DNA of 64,000 nt from Mobula hypostoma. Lineage: Eukaryota. The stretch's first letter is position 1, and the number at the start of each line of letters is the position of its first letter. Position numbers and translations under genes: made by a program. Positions 1-12,065 of this stretch are shown in pieces. Where the stretch lies: assembly GCF_963921235.1 (NCBI RefSeq), contig NC_086099.1, positions 51,088,001 to 51,152,000 on the forward strand, read 5' to 3'. The notes under the pieces were generated by a model, which was not told where the DNA came from, searched no databases, and was given only the letters and a program-made list of their open reading frames with translations.

Positions 1-1267
1 CATTACCAAAATACAATGATACGGATTTTTATTCAGTGGACAAATTTCAGGCAGGCACCTGCAAGGCTGCAACAATTGATTGTTCCACTGTGTCAGTGTG
101 ACAATTCATCCAGTTTGTGGGCTAGAACTCATTTTGTAAGGCTGGTGAGCTGTTGGCAGAAAACAAATTCCTACCGCCACCCTCCCCCACACACCCCCAA
201 CTTGGCCTGAGGCAGTCCACATCTAAAGAAAATTTAAAATGTCAGATTGAGGGAGTAGTGAGCGGCAAGAGAGACGGCTTACGAATACGGGTGCAGAATC
301 CATGTGGACATTGCCAGATTACGTGTGTGCAGCCCTGACGCTGCTCCAGATCTCTAAAAGGGATATTCCCTGGTGTTCTTCTGGTGGGAAGGCTGCTTAA
401 AGCCAACAGTCATTCGCTAAGATATAATGGCAATACGAACTCTAAATGAGCTACTGGACTCTTATCAGCAAATTTAAAAGAACATAATGCTTTACTCTAG
501 TGGGCTGTCTAAATGGGCTCCTGATAAGATAGCTTCAGCCACAGTGTCACTAGAGATATATTAAGCCGCACATCAACAAACCTGCCAACAGAGTAAGGAT
601 AGTTAGCCATGTCCCAAAAAAATGGCACAAGGCCATTTTGACAAAAATACGTTCATTGCCCTGACTACAAATTGTACTCTATCCAGTCTAGTTCTGCAAA
701 TTCTTCACCTATTCACTAAAGCAATGAGACAAAATTCCAGACCATTAACCTTTCCTCTTCAATGGCCACAATGACAACTGAGAATCGATCCCAGAAACAA
801 AAGAGGATCCTTTGCATCCTGCAGCATGTTCGATTGATCTTTGGCTCTACTTCACCCTATCGCTGTCAATACCATTGTTGACTAAATGTTTATCCACCTT
901 TTACCGGAGTTAACTGACAAACTATCAACTTGTTCTTTCTTCATAATCAGTTTTTTACATCCATTGCTCTACTGGGCTACCTTTTTAAGCCTCAAACTTG
1001 TTTCACATTTGTTCATTTTATCCTTTTGTGTTCAGTTCTCAGCCTGATAAATAGCCTACATATAGGAAGATGTCACTTCTCTATTCCAATATCTACCTAT
1101 AATTTCACCACTGCTCCCCCACACAATGAAATAAGTTCCCTATTGTGATAATAAATAGTCTTTTGCTAATGAAGAGAGAGATTATAAAACAGATTCAGAT
1201 ATGTGTGTTTTTCCATCGAAGATTCACTTTCCACTTTAGAGAGGATGGTAACACGATGAAATAAGAT

Positions 1268-1565
1268 GGGGCACCACAGTAGAGTAGCAATAAGAATGGT
1301 GCTATGAGCGCTCAGCATCAGGGTTCAGAGTTCAATTCTAACATCCTCTGTAGGGAGTCTGTGTGTCCTCCACATGGAATATGTGGGGTTTTCTCCAGAT
1401 GCTCTGGTTTCCTCCCACAGTTCAAAGACGTAGCAGTTGGTAGGTTAATTAGCCATTGTAAATTGTCCCATGATTCGGCTAGTGTTAAAATCAGGGACTT
1501 GACAGATGGCGTGGCTTGAAGGGCCTATTCCGGACTGTATCTCAATAAATAAAACAAACAAATAA
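1268..1565 (+). mobile_element. HE1/V-SINE-type tRNA-derived SINE
   Basis: tRNA-like head with box B-like GAGTTCAATTC, V-domain core GGTTTCCTCCCACAGTTCAAAGAC...GGTTAATTAGCCATTGTAAATTGTCCC, and an A-rich tail aataaataaaacaaacaaataaa. Confidence 0.8.
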
Positions 1566-1761
1566 ATCTCTTTGCTTACCTTCTGTTTCCCTATCCATCC
1601 CCCAACTACAAAGATCACTGCTAATGTATTCATCCCCACCTCCATCTTCTGTTTCCTTATTTTTTATGTGCTCATCTTTGTAAGCCCAAGTTTACAGAGA
1701 ATCATAGGATGTATGTGTCAAACAGGAGATTTGGTACTCATGTTCTACCTGAGCCATCTCT

Positions 1762-2206
1762 CCATAAGATCAGAACACACAGGAGCAGAATTAGGCCATT
1801 CAGCTCATTGAGTCTGCTCCACCACTCCATTATGGCTGACCCTGGATCCCACTCCAGCCCTTCTTGCCATTCCTTTCGATGCCCTGACTGATCAGGAATC
1901 CATCAACTTCTGCCTTAAGTATACCTATGCACTTGGTCTCCACCACAGTCTGTGGCAGAGCATTTAGAGATTCACTACTCTCTGGCTAAAAAAAAATCCT
2001 CTTTACCGCTGTTGTAAAAAGTCGCCACTCAGTTTTGGGGTTGTGACAGGGGATTTGTTGAATGCCTACAAGATGGCTTTTTTGAACAGCTCGTGCTTGA
2101 GCCCACTTGGGGAAAAGCTATCTTAGGTCGGGTGTTGTGTAATTCTGGATGAGTTGTAGTTCTGGATATCCCCACCATCTCTCAACTTTCCTCATCACAC
2201 TCTATC
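1762..2206 (-). mobile_element. CR1-type LINE 3' end, 5'-truncated, containing a 99-bp inverted insertion
   Basis: Reverse complement aligns with 5870-6185 (3' end of the neighbouring CR1), e.g. GGAGCAGAATTAGGCCATTCAG and CAGTCTGTGGCAGAGCATT. Confidence 0.85.
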
Positions 2207-2366
2207 AGCTTAGTGGCACAACTGTAATAACTAGGATGTGCATTTGTAATCCGGATTTCTACTGTTCCTATACAGTATCTAGATTTGCAGCTGCTCTTCC
2301 CATCAAAATGTGTGACAGGTGAATCCCATTTATCCCAAATAACACAACAGATTGTATCCAGGGAGA

Positions 2367-2402
<36 letters not shown>
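2367..2402. repeat. Compound microsatellite (AC)7(AT)11
   Basis: acacacacacacac followed by atatat... read directly. Confidence 0.95.
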
Positions 2403-2954
2403 CTTAATGGCATGAAATGCATTGCACAGTGCTTGCTTACATTGTCTAAGTAAAATGATCAAGGGAATTTCTCAACTGATAGAGATTCAGCAACTAAGCA
2501 CTACCTGTAATAACAGATGGTCCACTAAGGAAAATATCCTGCAGAAAAAGTGAAAGGGTGATGTCCAGGTTAATAGTGCTTGTGCAGGTTTGAGATGGCA
2601 GAAGCTATCCAATACTCTCTGAACCGAATAAACACTACCCTATGAATGACATAGACATCATTTCTTTTACCTTCAGACCATATGAAGACAAATGGGAATA
2701 GATTAAATTGGCATCAAGGTTGGCAAAGACATCGGGGACCAAAGATCCTGCCTAAACTGTTCTATGATTTTCTAATGCATTCTCTCCAGCACAGTCACAT
2801 CCTTCCTATGCAGAATGCATACTGTGCAGAACTGCATATAATACACCAGTGTTTTGTAAAGATGCAAATTAACATCACAACTCTTACATTCTAGTAGGTC
2901 CTCCATTTGTTTCTGTATCACCAATATTAAACTATTAGTCAACAATTCCCAGAC

Positions 2955-5900
2955 TATCCTACAATGAAAAGGGAAGGTGAGCAGCCAGAAATCGTGGTAC
3001 ATATTAGCACCAACGACATAGGCCCTGAAAACAGAATACAGGCAGTTAGGAAGCAAGCTGGGAAGCAGAACTGCAAGGTTGGTAATCGCGGGAATGCTGC
3101 CTGTGCCACGCGACAGAAATAGAATAAGGTGGCAGCTAAATGCGTGGCTGAAGGATTGAAGCAGGGGGCAGGGATTCAGATTTCTGGATCATTGAGACCT
3201 CCTCTGGGGCAAGTGGGACCTGTACTAAAGAGACGGGTTACACTTGAATCCAATGGGGACCAATATTCTTGTGGGCAGATTTACTACAGCTGTTGGGAGT
3301 GGTTTAAACTAAACGGCAGGGGGACGGGAACCAGGATGATAGCAGCTTTACAAGTAGATGATGGGTGTGATGTGAATGTAAGGAAGAGTTAAATTGTATC
3401 ATAGAGGCAAAATTCAAATGGGCGAAGAATGCAGGACTAAAGGTGCTGTATTTAAATGCACAGAGCATTCAGAACAAGGTGGACAAACTTGTGGTGCAGT
3501 TAGAGGTATGGGTGGTATGACATTGTGAGTGTCACTGAGTTGTGGCTGAAAGAAGGCCATGGTTGGGAGGATGAGCAGTGGTGTGGCTCTGTCTGTTACA
3601 TCTTTAGAAAAAGGTGACACGGGGTCAGAGAAAGTAGAATCTTTATGGGTGGAGTTAAGACACTGCAAAGGTTAAAAAAAACATGATGGGATTCATATAT
3701 TGGCCTCCAAATAGTAGCTCAGATGTGGGGTTGAAATTGCAAAGGGAGCTGGAAAAGGCATGCAAGAAGGGTAATGTCACAATTGTAATGGGGGACTTCA
3801 TTATGCAAGGGAATTGGGAAAATCAGACTGGTGTTGGATCACAAGACAGGGAATTTGTTGAATGCCTACAAGATGGCGTTTTAGAACAGCTCGTGCTTGA
3901 GCCCACTCGGGGAAAGACTATCTTAGATCGGGTGTTGTGTAATAACCCAGATCTGATTAGGGAGCTTAATGTAAAGGAACCCTTAGGAGCTAGTGATCAT
4001 AATATGATTGAATTCATACTACAATTTAAGAGGGAGAAGCATAACTCACATGTATCAGTATCACAATGGAATATGGGAATTTCAGAAGCATGAGAGAGTG
4101 GATTGGAGGAGGATACTGGCGGGGTTGATGGCAGAGCAGAGATGGCTGAAGTTTCTGCGAATAGTTCACAAGGCGCAGGATAGATATGCCCCACTGAAGT
4201 TGTTCTCAAATGGCAGGGGTAGGCAACTATGGCTGACAAGGGAAGTTAAGGAAAGGCGTATAAGGTAGCAGAAGTGAGTGGGAAGTTCGATGATTGGGAA
4301 AGCTTTTAAAATTCAAGAAAAAGCAACTAAAAATGCTATAAGGGGAAAGATTAAATATGAGGGCAAACTAGCCAATAATATAAAGTAGGATACTAAAAGA
4401 TTTTTCAGTTATATAAAGAGTAAAAAGGAGATAAGAAATGATACTGGACCACTGGAAAATGATGCGGGTGAGGTAGTAATGGGGGACAAAGAAATGGCAG
4501 ATGAACTTAATGAATACTTTGCATCCATCATTACTGTGGAAGACACCAGCAGTGTGCCAGAGGTCCATGAGTGTTGTAGGGCAGGAGTGAGTGCTATTGC
4601 TGTTACGAGGGAAAAAGTGCGAGGCAAACTCAGTGATCTTCAGGTGGATAAGTCACATGGACCAGATGGACTACATCCCAGAGTCCTGAGAGAGGTTACT
4701 GAAGGGTTAACGGATGCATTGAGCAGATCATTCAAGAATTGCTTGATTCTGGCATGGTCCCAGAGGACTGGAAGTTTACAGATGTCACTACTCTCTTTCA
4801 GAAAGGAGGAAAGCACAGAAAGGAAAGGGAGTTAGCCTAAACTCAGTGGTTGGGAAAGTGTTGGAGTCTATTATTAAGGACGAGGTTTCAGGGTACTTGG
4901 AGATTAATGATAAAATAAGTCAGAGTCAGCAAGGTTTCTGTGAAGGGAAATCTTGCCTGACAAATCTGTTTGAGTTCTTTGAGGAAATAACAAGCAGGGT
5001 AGACAAAGGAGAGGCAGTGGGTATCACTTACTTGGATTTTCAGAAGAGGATTGATAAGGTGCCACATGAGGCTGCTTAACAAGATGAAATCCTATGGCGT
5101 TACAAGAAAGATACTGGCATGGACAGAGGAGTGGCTGACAGGCAGGAGGCTGTGAATAAGAATAAACGGGGCCTTTACTGGTTGGCTGCCAGTGACCAGT
5201 GGTCTTCATCAGGGACTGCTACTTTTCACATAGTTTATCAATGATTTACATAACAGAATTGATGGCTTTGTGGCAAAGGTTGCGGATGAGAGGAAGATAG
5301 ATGGAGGGGTAGGTAGCACTGAGGAAACAATGCAGTTGTAGCAGGGTGTAGACAAATTGGAAGAAAGGCTAAAAAAGTGGCAGATGGAATACAGTGTTGG
5401 GAAATGTATGATACTGCATTTTGGTAAAAGAAACATTATCTAAATGGGAAGCAAATCAAAACATCAGAGGTCCAGAGTGTCTTAGGAGCCCTCGTACAAG
5501 ACTCCCAAAAGGATAATTTACAGGTTGTGTCTGGGGTAAAGAAGGCAAATTCAATGTTGGCATTTATTCCAAGGGGAATAGAATATAAAAGCAAGGAGAT
5601 AATGCTGCGCCTTTAAAAGACACCAGTCAGGCTGCACTTGGAGTATTGTTACCAGTTTTGGGCCCCATATCTAATCTCAGAACGGATGTGTTGTCATTGG
5701 AGAGAGTCCAAAGAAGGTTCATGAGGATGATTCTGTGACTGAAAGGGTTAACATATGAGAAGCATTTGGCAGCTTTTCGCCTGTACTCACTGGAATTTAG
5801 AAAAATGCAGGGAGGATCTCACTGAAGCCTACCAAATGTTGAAAGGACTCGATAATGTAGGACTAGATAATGGAGAGGGAGTATCCAAAACTAGAGGGCA

Positions 5901-6185
5901 CAGCCTCAAAATTGAAGGGTAACCTTTTAAAACAGAGGCAAAGAGAATTTTTTTTAGTCAGAATGCAGTGCATTTGGGGAATGCTCTGCCACAGACTGCG
6001 GTAGAGGCCAAGTCCGTGGGTATATTTAAGGCAGAAGTTGATCACTTCCTGATTGGCCAAGGCATCAAAAGATATGGCGAGACGGTAGGTATATGGGGTT
6101 GACTGGGATCCAGGATCAGCCATGATGGAATGGCAGAGCAGGCTTGCTGCACTGAATGGCCTAATTCTGCTCCCATGTCCTATGG
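2955..6185 (+). mobile_element. Degenerate CR1 LINE: ORF1 esterase remnant, ORF2 endonuclease/RT, and 3' UTR
   Basis: ORF1 remnant EQPEIVVHISTNDIG. ORF2 fragments: MGDF and SDHNMIEF (APE endonuclease); KSHGPDGLHPRVLRE; QQGFCEGKSCLTNLFEFFE and YLDFQK; VADE at the YADD position. Many stops and frameshifts. Tail ggcctaattctgctcccatgtcctatgg. Confidence 0.93.
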
Positions 6186-7848
6186 CAGTTTTCCTTTTTT
6201 AATGATGCATGAAAAATATTATTTTATTCTCCTTGAAAATTTAGTTTCAGTTGCTTCGTGCCAACCTAGTTTTTTTTAAAACTTTTCCACTCATCCTTTC
6301 ATGCATTTTTTAAAAACAGAGCAGACAACCAACTTTAATCTTATCCCTGACTAATGACCACATAAAAGTAATGTGAAAAATGAGCTAATAATTAAGCAAC
6401 AAGAAAGAAAATATGATGCCTTGTTCCTAATAATCAAAGGATTAATGAACTCAAACTGTGCCCTAGCTCGGATAACTCAAGGGAAACCAGAAATATGAAC
6501 TAGTGCATTCAGCAAGGTTTAGTGCAAAATTATGCAAAACTTTCAAACAATAACCTGCTGGGGCATATTGAAAAAGGGTACAATACTTATGCAAAACTGC
6601 TGAGCATGAAGTCTGAGATAGCTCTCTTTCTCGGACATCAGATTCTGAGGCCGTGAAACAGAAGCCAGGGTGGTGTGTTGCCTCTCAGCTGCTAGGTTCC
6701 AGGATATCTCAAGAGTGGTTGCAGAAGATTCACAGGAGGAAGGGTGAGCAGCCAGAGGTCATGGTGCACATTTGCACCAACGACGTAGGTATGAAGGGGG
6801 CTGAGGTCCGGCACAGCGAGTAAGGGAAGTTAGAGGAAAGGCTGAAAGCCAGGACCTCCAAGGTAGTAATCTCTGGAATACTCCCAGTGCCATGTGCTAT
6901 TCAGCATAGGAATAGGATGATAGTACAGATGAATGAGTGGCTGAGGAACTGGTGCAGGGGCAGAGTTTCAGATTTCAGGATCACTGGGATCCCTTCTGGG
7001 GACGGTTTGACCTGTACAAGGAGGACAGGTTATACCGGAATCTGAGAATGAGCAGGTTTGCTAGAGTTGGGAAAGTTTTTAACTAAGTTGGCAGGGGGTT
7101 GGGAATGGGAGTGATAAGGCTGCGGTTGGAGTAGTTGTATACAAGTCGATGGAGTGTGTAGTGTGACTGTGAGGAAGGACAGGCAGATGATAGGCAAGAC
7201 TGCAGTCGCTGGGATGAGGTGAAATGTAACATCGGGGGAAATCAAAAAGGATGATATATACCGGACTGAATAGGTTATATTTGAATGCATGAAAGTAGAT
7301 ATTCTTGCAGCACAGTTAAGAGATTGGCAGGTACGATGTTGTGGGCATCACGGAGATGTGGCTGAAAGAAGATCAGAATTGACAGCTTAACATCAAAGGT
7401 TACACCATGTATCAAAAAGACAGGCAGGTAAGGCAGATGTGGTGGGATGGCTCTGTCAGTAAAAAATAAAATCAAATCCTTCGAAAGAAGTGACAGAGGA
7501 TCGGAAAAGTATAAATTCCCTATGGATAGAATCAAGAAAGTGCAAGAGTAAAAAGACACTGATGAGGGTTATATACAGGCCCCCCAAACAGTAGCCAAGA
7601 TGTGCTATATAAGTTTCAACAGGAAATAGAAAAGTCATAGATAATAAGGGCAATATTAAGATAACCATGGGGGGATTCGATATGCAAGCAGGTTGGGAAA
7701 ACCAAATTGGTGTTGGATCCCAAGAGAGGGAATATGTACAATGCCTTTAAGATGGCCTTTCAGAGCAACCTATAGCTGAGCCAACTAGTGTAAAAGAAAT
7801 TGTGGAGCGGGTGTTGTGTAATGAACCAAATTTTATTAGGGAATGATA

Positions 7849-9398
7849 CAGGAGTCCCCCGCTTTTCGAATGTTCACTTTACGAAAACTCACTGTTATGA
7901 AAGACCTACATTAGTACCCTGTTTTCACTTTCAGAAGGTGTTTTCACTGTTACAAAAAAAAAGCAACGCGCGATAAAAGGCAGCGCGCACCCCAAGCAGC
8001 CGCTCTCCCCGGATTCGGTACTGCATTCTCGCCGGCATTGTTTAAACACATGCCTGTGAGCCGTCATTTGCAAGATGAGTTCTAAGGTGTCGGAAAAACC
8101 TAAAAGAGCTCGTAAGGGTGTTACACTTAGCATAACACTAGACATAATTAACCATTTTGATCATGGTGAACGAAGTAAGGACAAAGTGAGTTTGACTTGT
8201 GGAAGCTGACGAAGATGATGTTGAAGAGGATTTGGCATCCCATGACCAAGAACTGATAGATGAAGAGCTGATGCAATTGGAATAGGAAAGGATAACGATC
8301 GAAACCGAATGAGTAATGATAAAGTACGACTTCAATTTTGAAAAGGTACGTTGGTTTAGGGGATATTTGCAGGATGGTTTGAGTCCTTACAAAGAACTGT
8401 GTGATACAAAAATGCGCAAGGCTCAGCAGTCAAGCAAGCCTTCCACATCAGCCACAGCAGACGACGAACCTCAACCTTCAACATCGAGGCAGACAGTCAT
8501 AGGAGAAGATGAGCTGCCTGCTGTAATGGAAACAGGCGACGAGATGACACCCCAGTGTCCCACCACCCCAACCCCCAGGCCGCGGACAGATATCGATTCG
8601 CGGAGAATGCAACGGTAGCCGGGAGGCACACTGCGCATCCTTAAGAAAAAAGCTGAAATAAACATGCTAATTAATTAGGTGCCGATACGTAATTGTCGGC
8701 CCAGATCAGAGTCGACGCAATCGGAAATCGGCACTGATCTGGGCCGACAATTACGTGTCGGGCACCACCTAATTAATTAGCGTGCATGTTTCGGCTTTTT
8801 TCTTAAAGATGTGCTGTGTGCCTCCCGGCTACCGCTGCACCTTTACGTGCTTCACGGCAATGTATCGGTCAGCGGCCTGGAGGGTGAGGGCCACTACACC
8901 ACCCCAGCTTGTGACAACTCAGTCTAACACACCATCATCAGTGTGCTCGGCGCTGTCTTCCCGATTCTGGTAAGTGATACTACACTGTACACACATTATT
9001 TCTACTTTAAATAGGTTGTGTATTTTTACACGTTATTTGGTATAATTTGGCAGCTTCATAGCTTAAAGGTTACTGGAGAGCGCTTGCGCCATGTTTCTGC
9101 TGACAGCGCTTGCGCGAGATTTTCGCTACGGAGAACAGTGCAATAATGATTGTGGAAAAGTATTTCTACTTTATATAGGCTGTGTATTTATCACATCATT
9201 CCTGCTTTTACTATATGTTACTGTTATTTTAGGTTTTATGTGTTATTTGGCATGATTTGGTAGGTTATTTTTAGGTCTGCGAACGCTCACAAAATTTTCC
9301 CATATAAATAAATGGTAATTGCTTCTTCGCTTTACGACATTTTGGCTTACGAACCGTTTCATAGGAATGCTCTACCTTCGGATGGCGGGGGAAACCTG
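7849..9398 (+). mobile_element. Tigger/pogo-family non-autonomous DNA transposon (internal deletion derivative, 1550 bp)
   Basis: TA duplication at 7847-48 and 9399-400. Imperfect TIRs CAGGAGTCCCCCGCTTTTCGAA and (revcomp) CAGGTTTCCCCCGCCATCCGAA. The transposase N-terminus MSSKVSEKPKRARKGVTLSITLDII (psq/CENP-B-type HTH) is joined directly to the acidic C-terminus DEDDVEEDLASHDQELIDEELMQLE, with the DDD domain missing. Confidence 0.9.
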
Positions 9399-10111
9399 TA
9401 TTATGATCACAGCATTTTATCACTCACCTTGCAGTTTGAAAGGAAGATGATAAAAGTCAGATGTATCAGTGCTATAGTGGAGTAAAGGAAATTACAGAGT
9501 TATGAGAGGGGAGCTGTCAAAGTTCATTCAAAGGGGAAACTAGCAGGGATGATGGCAGAGAAGCAATGACTGGAATTTCTGGGGACAACTGGGAACATAC
9601 AGGATAGATAAATCCCAAAGATGAAAAAGCATACTAAAGGGAGGATGAGGCAACCATGGCTGACAAGGGAAATCAAGTACAGCATAAAAACAAAAGAGAG
9701 GTCATACAATATAGCAAAAACATAGTGTGAAGATGGAGGATTTGGATGCTTTTAAAAAAAACACAACTGAAGGCAATTAGGAGAACCATAAGGACAGAAA
9801 AGATGAATATGATGGTAAGCTGGCCAAAAATATCAAAGATGATATCTAGTGTTTAGATATATTAAGTGTAAAAGAGAGGCAAGAGTGGACATTGGACCAC
9901 TAGAAAATGACAGTGAAGAGATTGTAATGGGGACAAAGAAATGGTGAAATAATTTAAACATTTTGTGTCAGTCTTCACTTTAGAAGACACCAGCAGTATG
10001 CCAGTAATTTGAGTGTCAGAGAGCAGAAGGGAGTGTAATTGCTATTACTAAGGAGGTAATTGGGAAGCTGAAAGGTCTGAAGGTAGATAAGTCATCTGGA
10101 CCAGATAGAAT

Positions 10112-10311
10112 TTCCCCAGAAGACTGTGGAGGGCAAGTCTCTAGATGCTTTCAAGAAAGAAATGGGTAGAGCTCTTAAAGATAACGGAATCAAAGGTTAC
10201 AGGGATCAGGCAGGAACTGGATACTGATTGTGGATGATCAGCCATGATCACAGTGAATGGCCGTGCTGGCTCGAAGGGCCGAATGCCCTACTCCTGCACC
10301 TATTGTCTATT
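10112..10311 (+). mobile_element. 5'-truncated CR1 3' end nested in the RT region of the older CR1
   Basis: The host motif GPD..HPRVLKE is split between ggaccagatagaa and tacaacccagtgttttgaaagag. The insert ends with the CR1 tail gaagggccgaatgccctactcctgcacctattgtctattg. Confidence 0.85.
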
Positions 10312-12065
10312 GAATACAACCCAGTGTTTTGAAAGAGGCAGGTGAAGAGACTGCGGAGGCATTAGTAATGATCTTTCAAGAATCATTAGATTCTGGAATG
10401 GTTCTGGAGGGGTGGAGAATTGCAAATGTCACTCCACTCAGGGAAGGAGGCAGTAGAAAGGAAATTACCCTAACTTTAGTGGTTGGGAAGATGATGGACC
10501 CCATTATTATGGGTGAGGTTTTGGGGTACATGGGTGCACATGATAAAATACACCAAAGTCAGCATGGTTTCCTTAAAGGGAAATCTTTCCTGACAAATCT
10601 GTTGGAATTCTTTGAGGAAATAACAGGCAGGAGAGTCAGTGGATGTCGTTTACTTGGATTTTCAGAAGGCTTTTGACAAGGTGCCACACGAGGCCGCTTA
10701 ATAAGACGCGATGGTATTTCATGAAAGATACTGGCATGGATGGAAGATTGACTGACTGGTAGGAGGCAAAGGGTCAGAATAAAGGGGCCTTTTCTGGTTG
10801 GCTGCCATTGACAAATGGTGCTCTGCAGGGGCTGGTCTTGCAACCACTTTGTTTCATATTATATGTCAACAATTTTGATAATGGAATTGATGGCTTTGTG
10901 GCCAAGTTTGAGGATGAAACAGAGATAGGTGGAGGGGCAGGTAATGTTGAGGAAGCAGGGAGTCTATAGAACTTCCACCAATTGCGAGAAAGGGCATTGA
11001 AGTGGCAGTTTGAATACAGTGTAGGGAAGTGTATGATTATGTACTTTGGTAGAAGGAATAAATGTGTTGCTGAGGTTATGTAAGACATTGGTCAGTTTTG
11101 AGACCCTTATCTAGGCTAAGAAAAAACGAGCTGACATTGGAAAGGGTCCAGGAGGTTCATGAGAATGATCCTGGGAATTAAAGGTTAAACATGAGGAGTG
11201 GTTGATGGCTCTCAGCTTGTACTCGCTGGAGTTTACAAGAATAAGAGGGGATCTCATTGAAACCTACTGAATATTGAAAGGTCCAGGCAGAATGGATGAT
11301 GACAGGATGTTTCATATAGTGGGTGAATCTAGGCCCAGAGGTCATGGCCTCAAAGTAGAGGGACGTCCATTTAGAACAGGGATGAGGAGGTATTTCTTTA
11401 GCCAGAGCATGGTGAATCTATGGAATTCATTGCCACGGATGGCTCTTGAGGCCAAGACATTGAGTATACTTAAAGCAGAGGTTGACAGGTTCCTGGTTAG
11501 TCAGTGCATCAAAGCCTACCGAGAGAAGGAAAGAGAATGGGGCTGAGAGGGATAATAAATTATCTATGATGGAATGGCAGAGCAGACTCGATGGGACGAG
11601 AGGCCTAATTCTGCCCCCATATCTTATGGTCTTATACTGGGCTTAGGTTTATTGAATGAATGGAAGGCAGCAAGCAATACCCTTCAGTGCCCCAATTAAC
11701 TTAGAATAATCCAGTCTATAGCTCCCAACTTTGCAATCAGCTACCTCCATTCTCGTTTGTTAGGAACCTCCTTCTGAGCTGCATCTAAACAAAGTTTCTG
11801 CAAATTCAGCTGGCCCACACTGGCTGTATTTTTGCAGTCTGGTTTTTTGAAAGGCTCATCAAATAGGTGGACATGGCCTAATACTTAAAAAAAAATCTGT
11901 CATGGTGCGGTAGCAGGATGCCTTGTTTCCGTCTTCATCGACCTTTGTGCTTAGGTGCCAACTTTCATCTGAAAAATGCCATTGAATTTAAAATCAAGAG
12001 CCATCCAGCAAAGAAATAAGCTTCACGGCCTGCCACATCCATGCTGACCTCTTTGCCATCTACAA

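Larger units (their letters stand above)
6630..11634 (+). mobile_element. Second degenerate CR1 LINE, interrupted by a Tigger element (7849-9398) and a younger CR1 tail (~10112-10311)
   Basis: ORF1 remnant EQPEVMVHICTNDVG; endonuclease remnant to 7846. Resumes at 9401 with RT fragments QHGFLKGKSFLTNLLEFFEE, AKFEDE and FFSQSMVNLWNSLP. Tail ggcctaattctgcccccatatcttatggtctt. Confidence 0.92.

Noticed and set aside
600-1130. Decayed Penelope or Deu-SINE remnants here and at ~34450-34900, ~39030-39300 and ~56750-56940
   Set aside because: Resemblance is too faint to assign a family or boundaries without alignment.
1268-1345. tRNA gene
   Set aside because: It is the degenerate tRNA-derived head of a SINE, with no cloverleaf.
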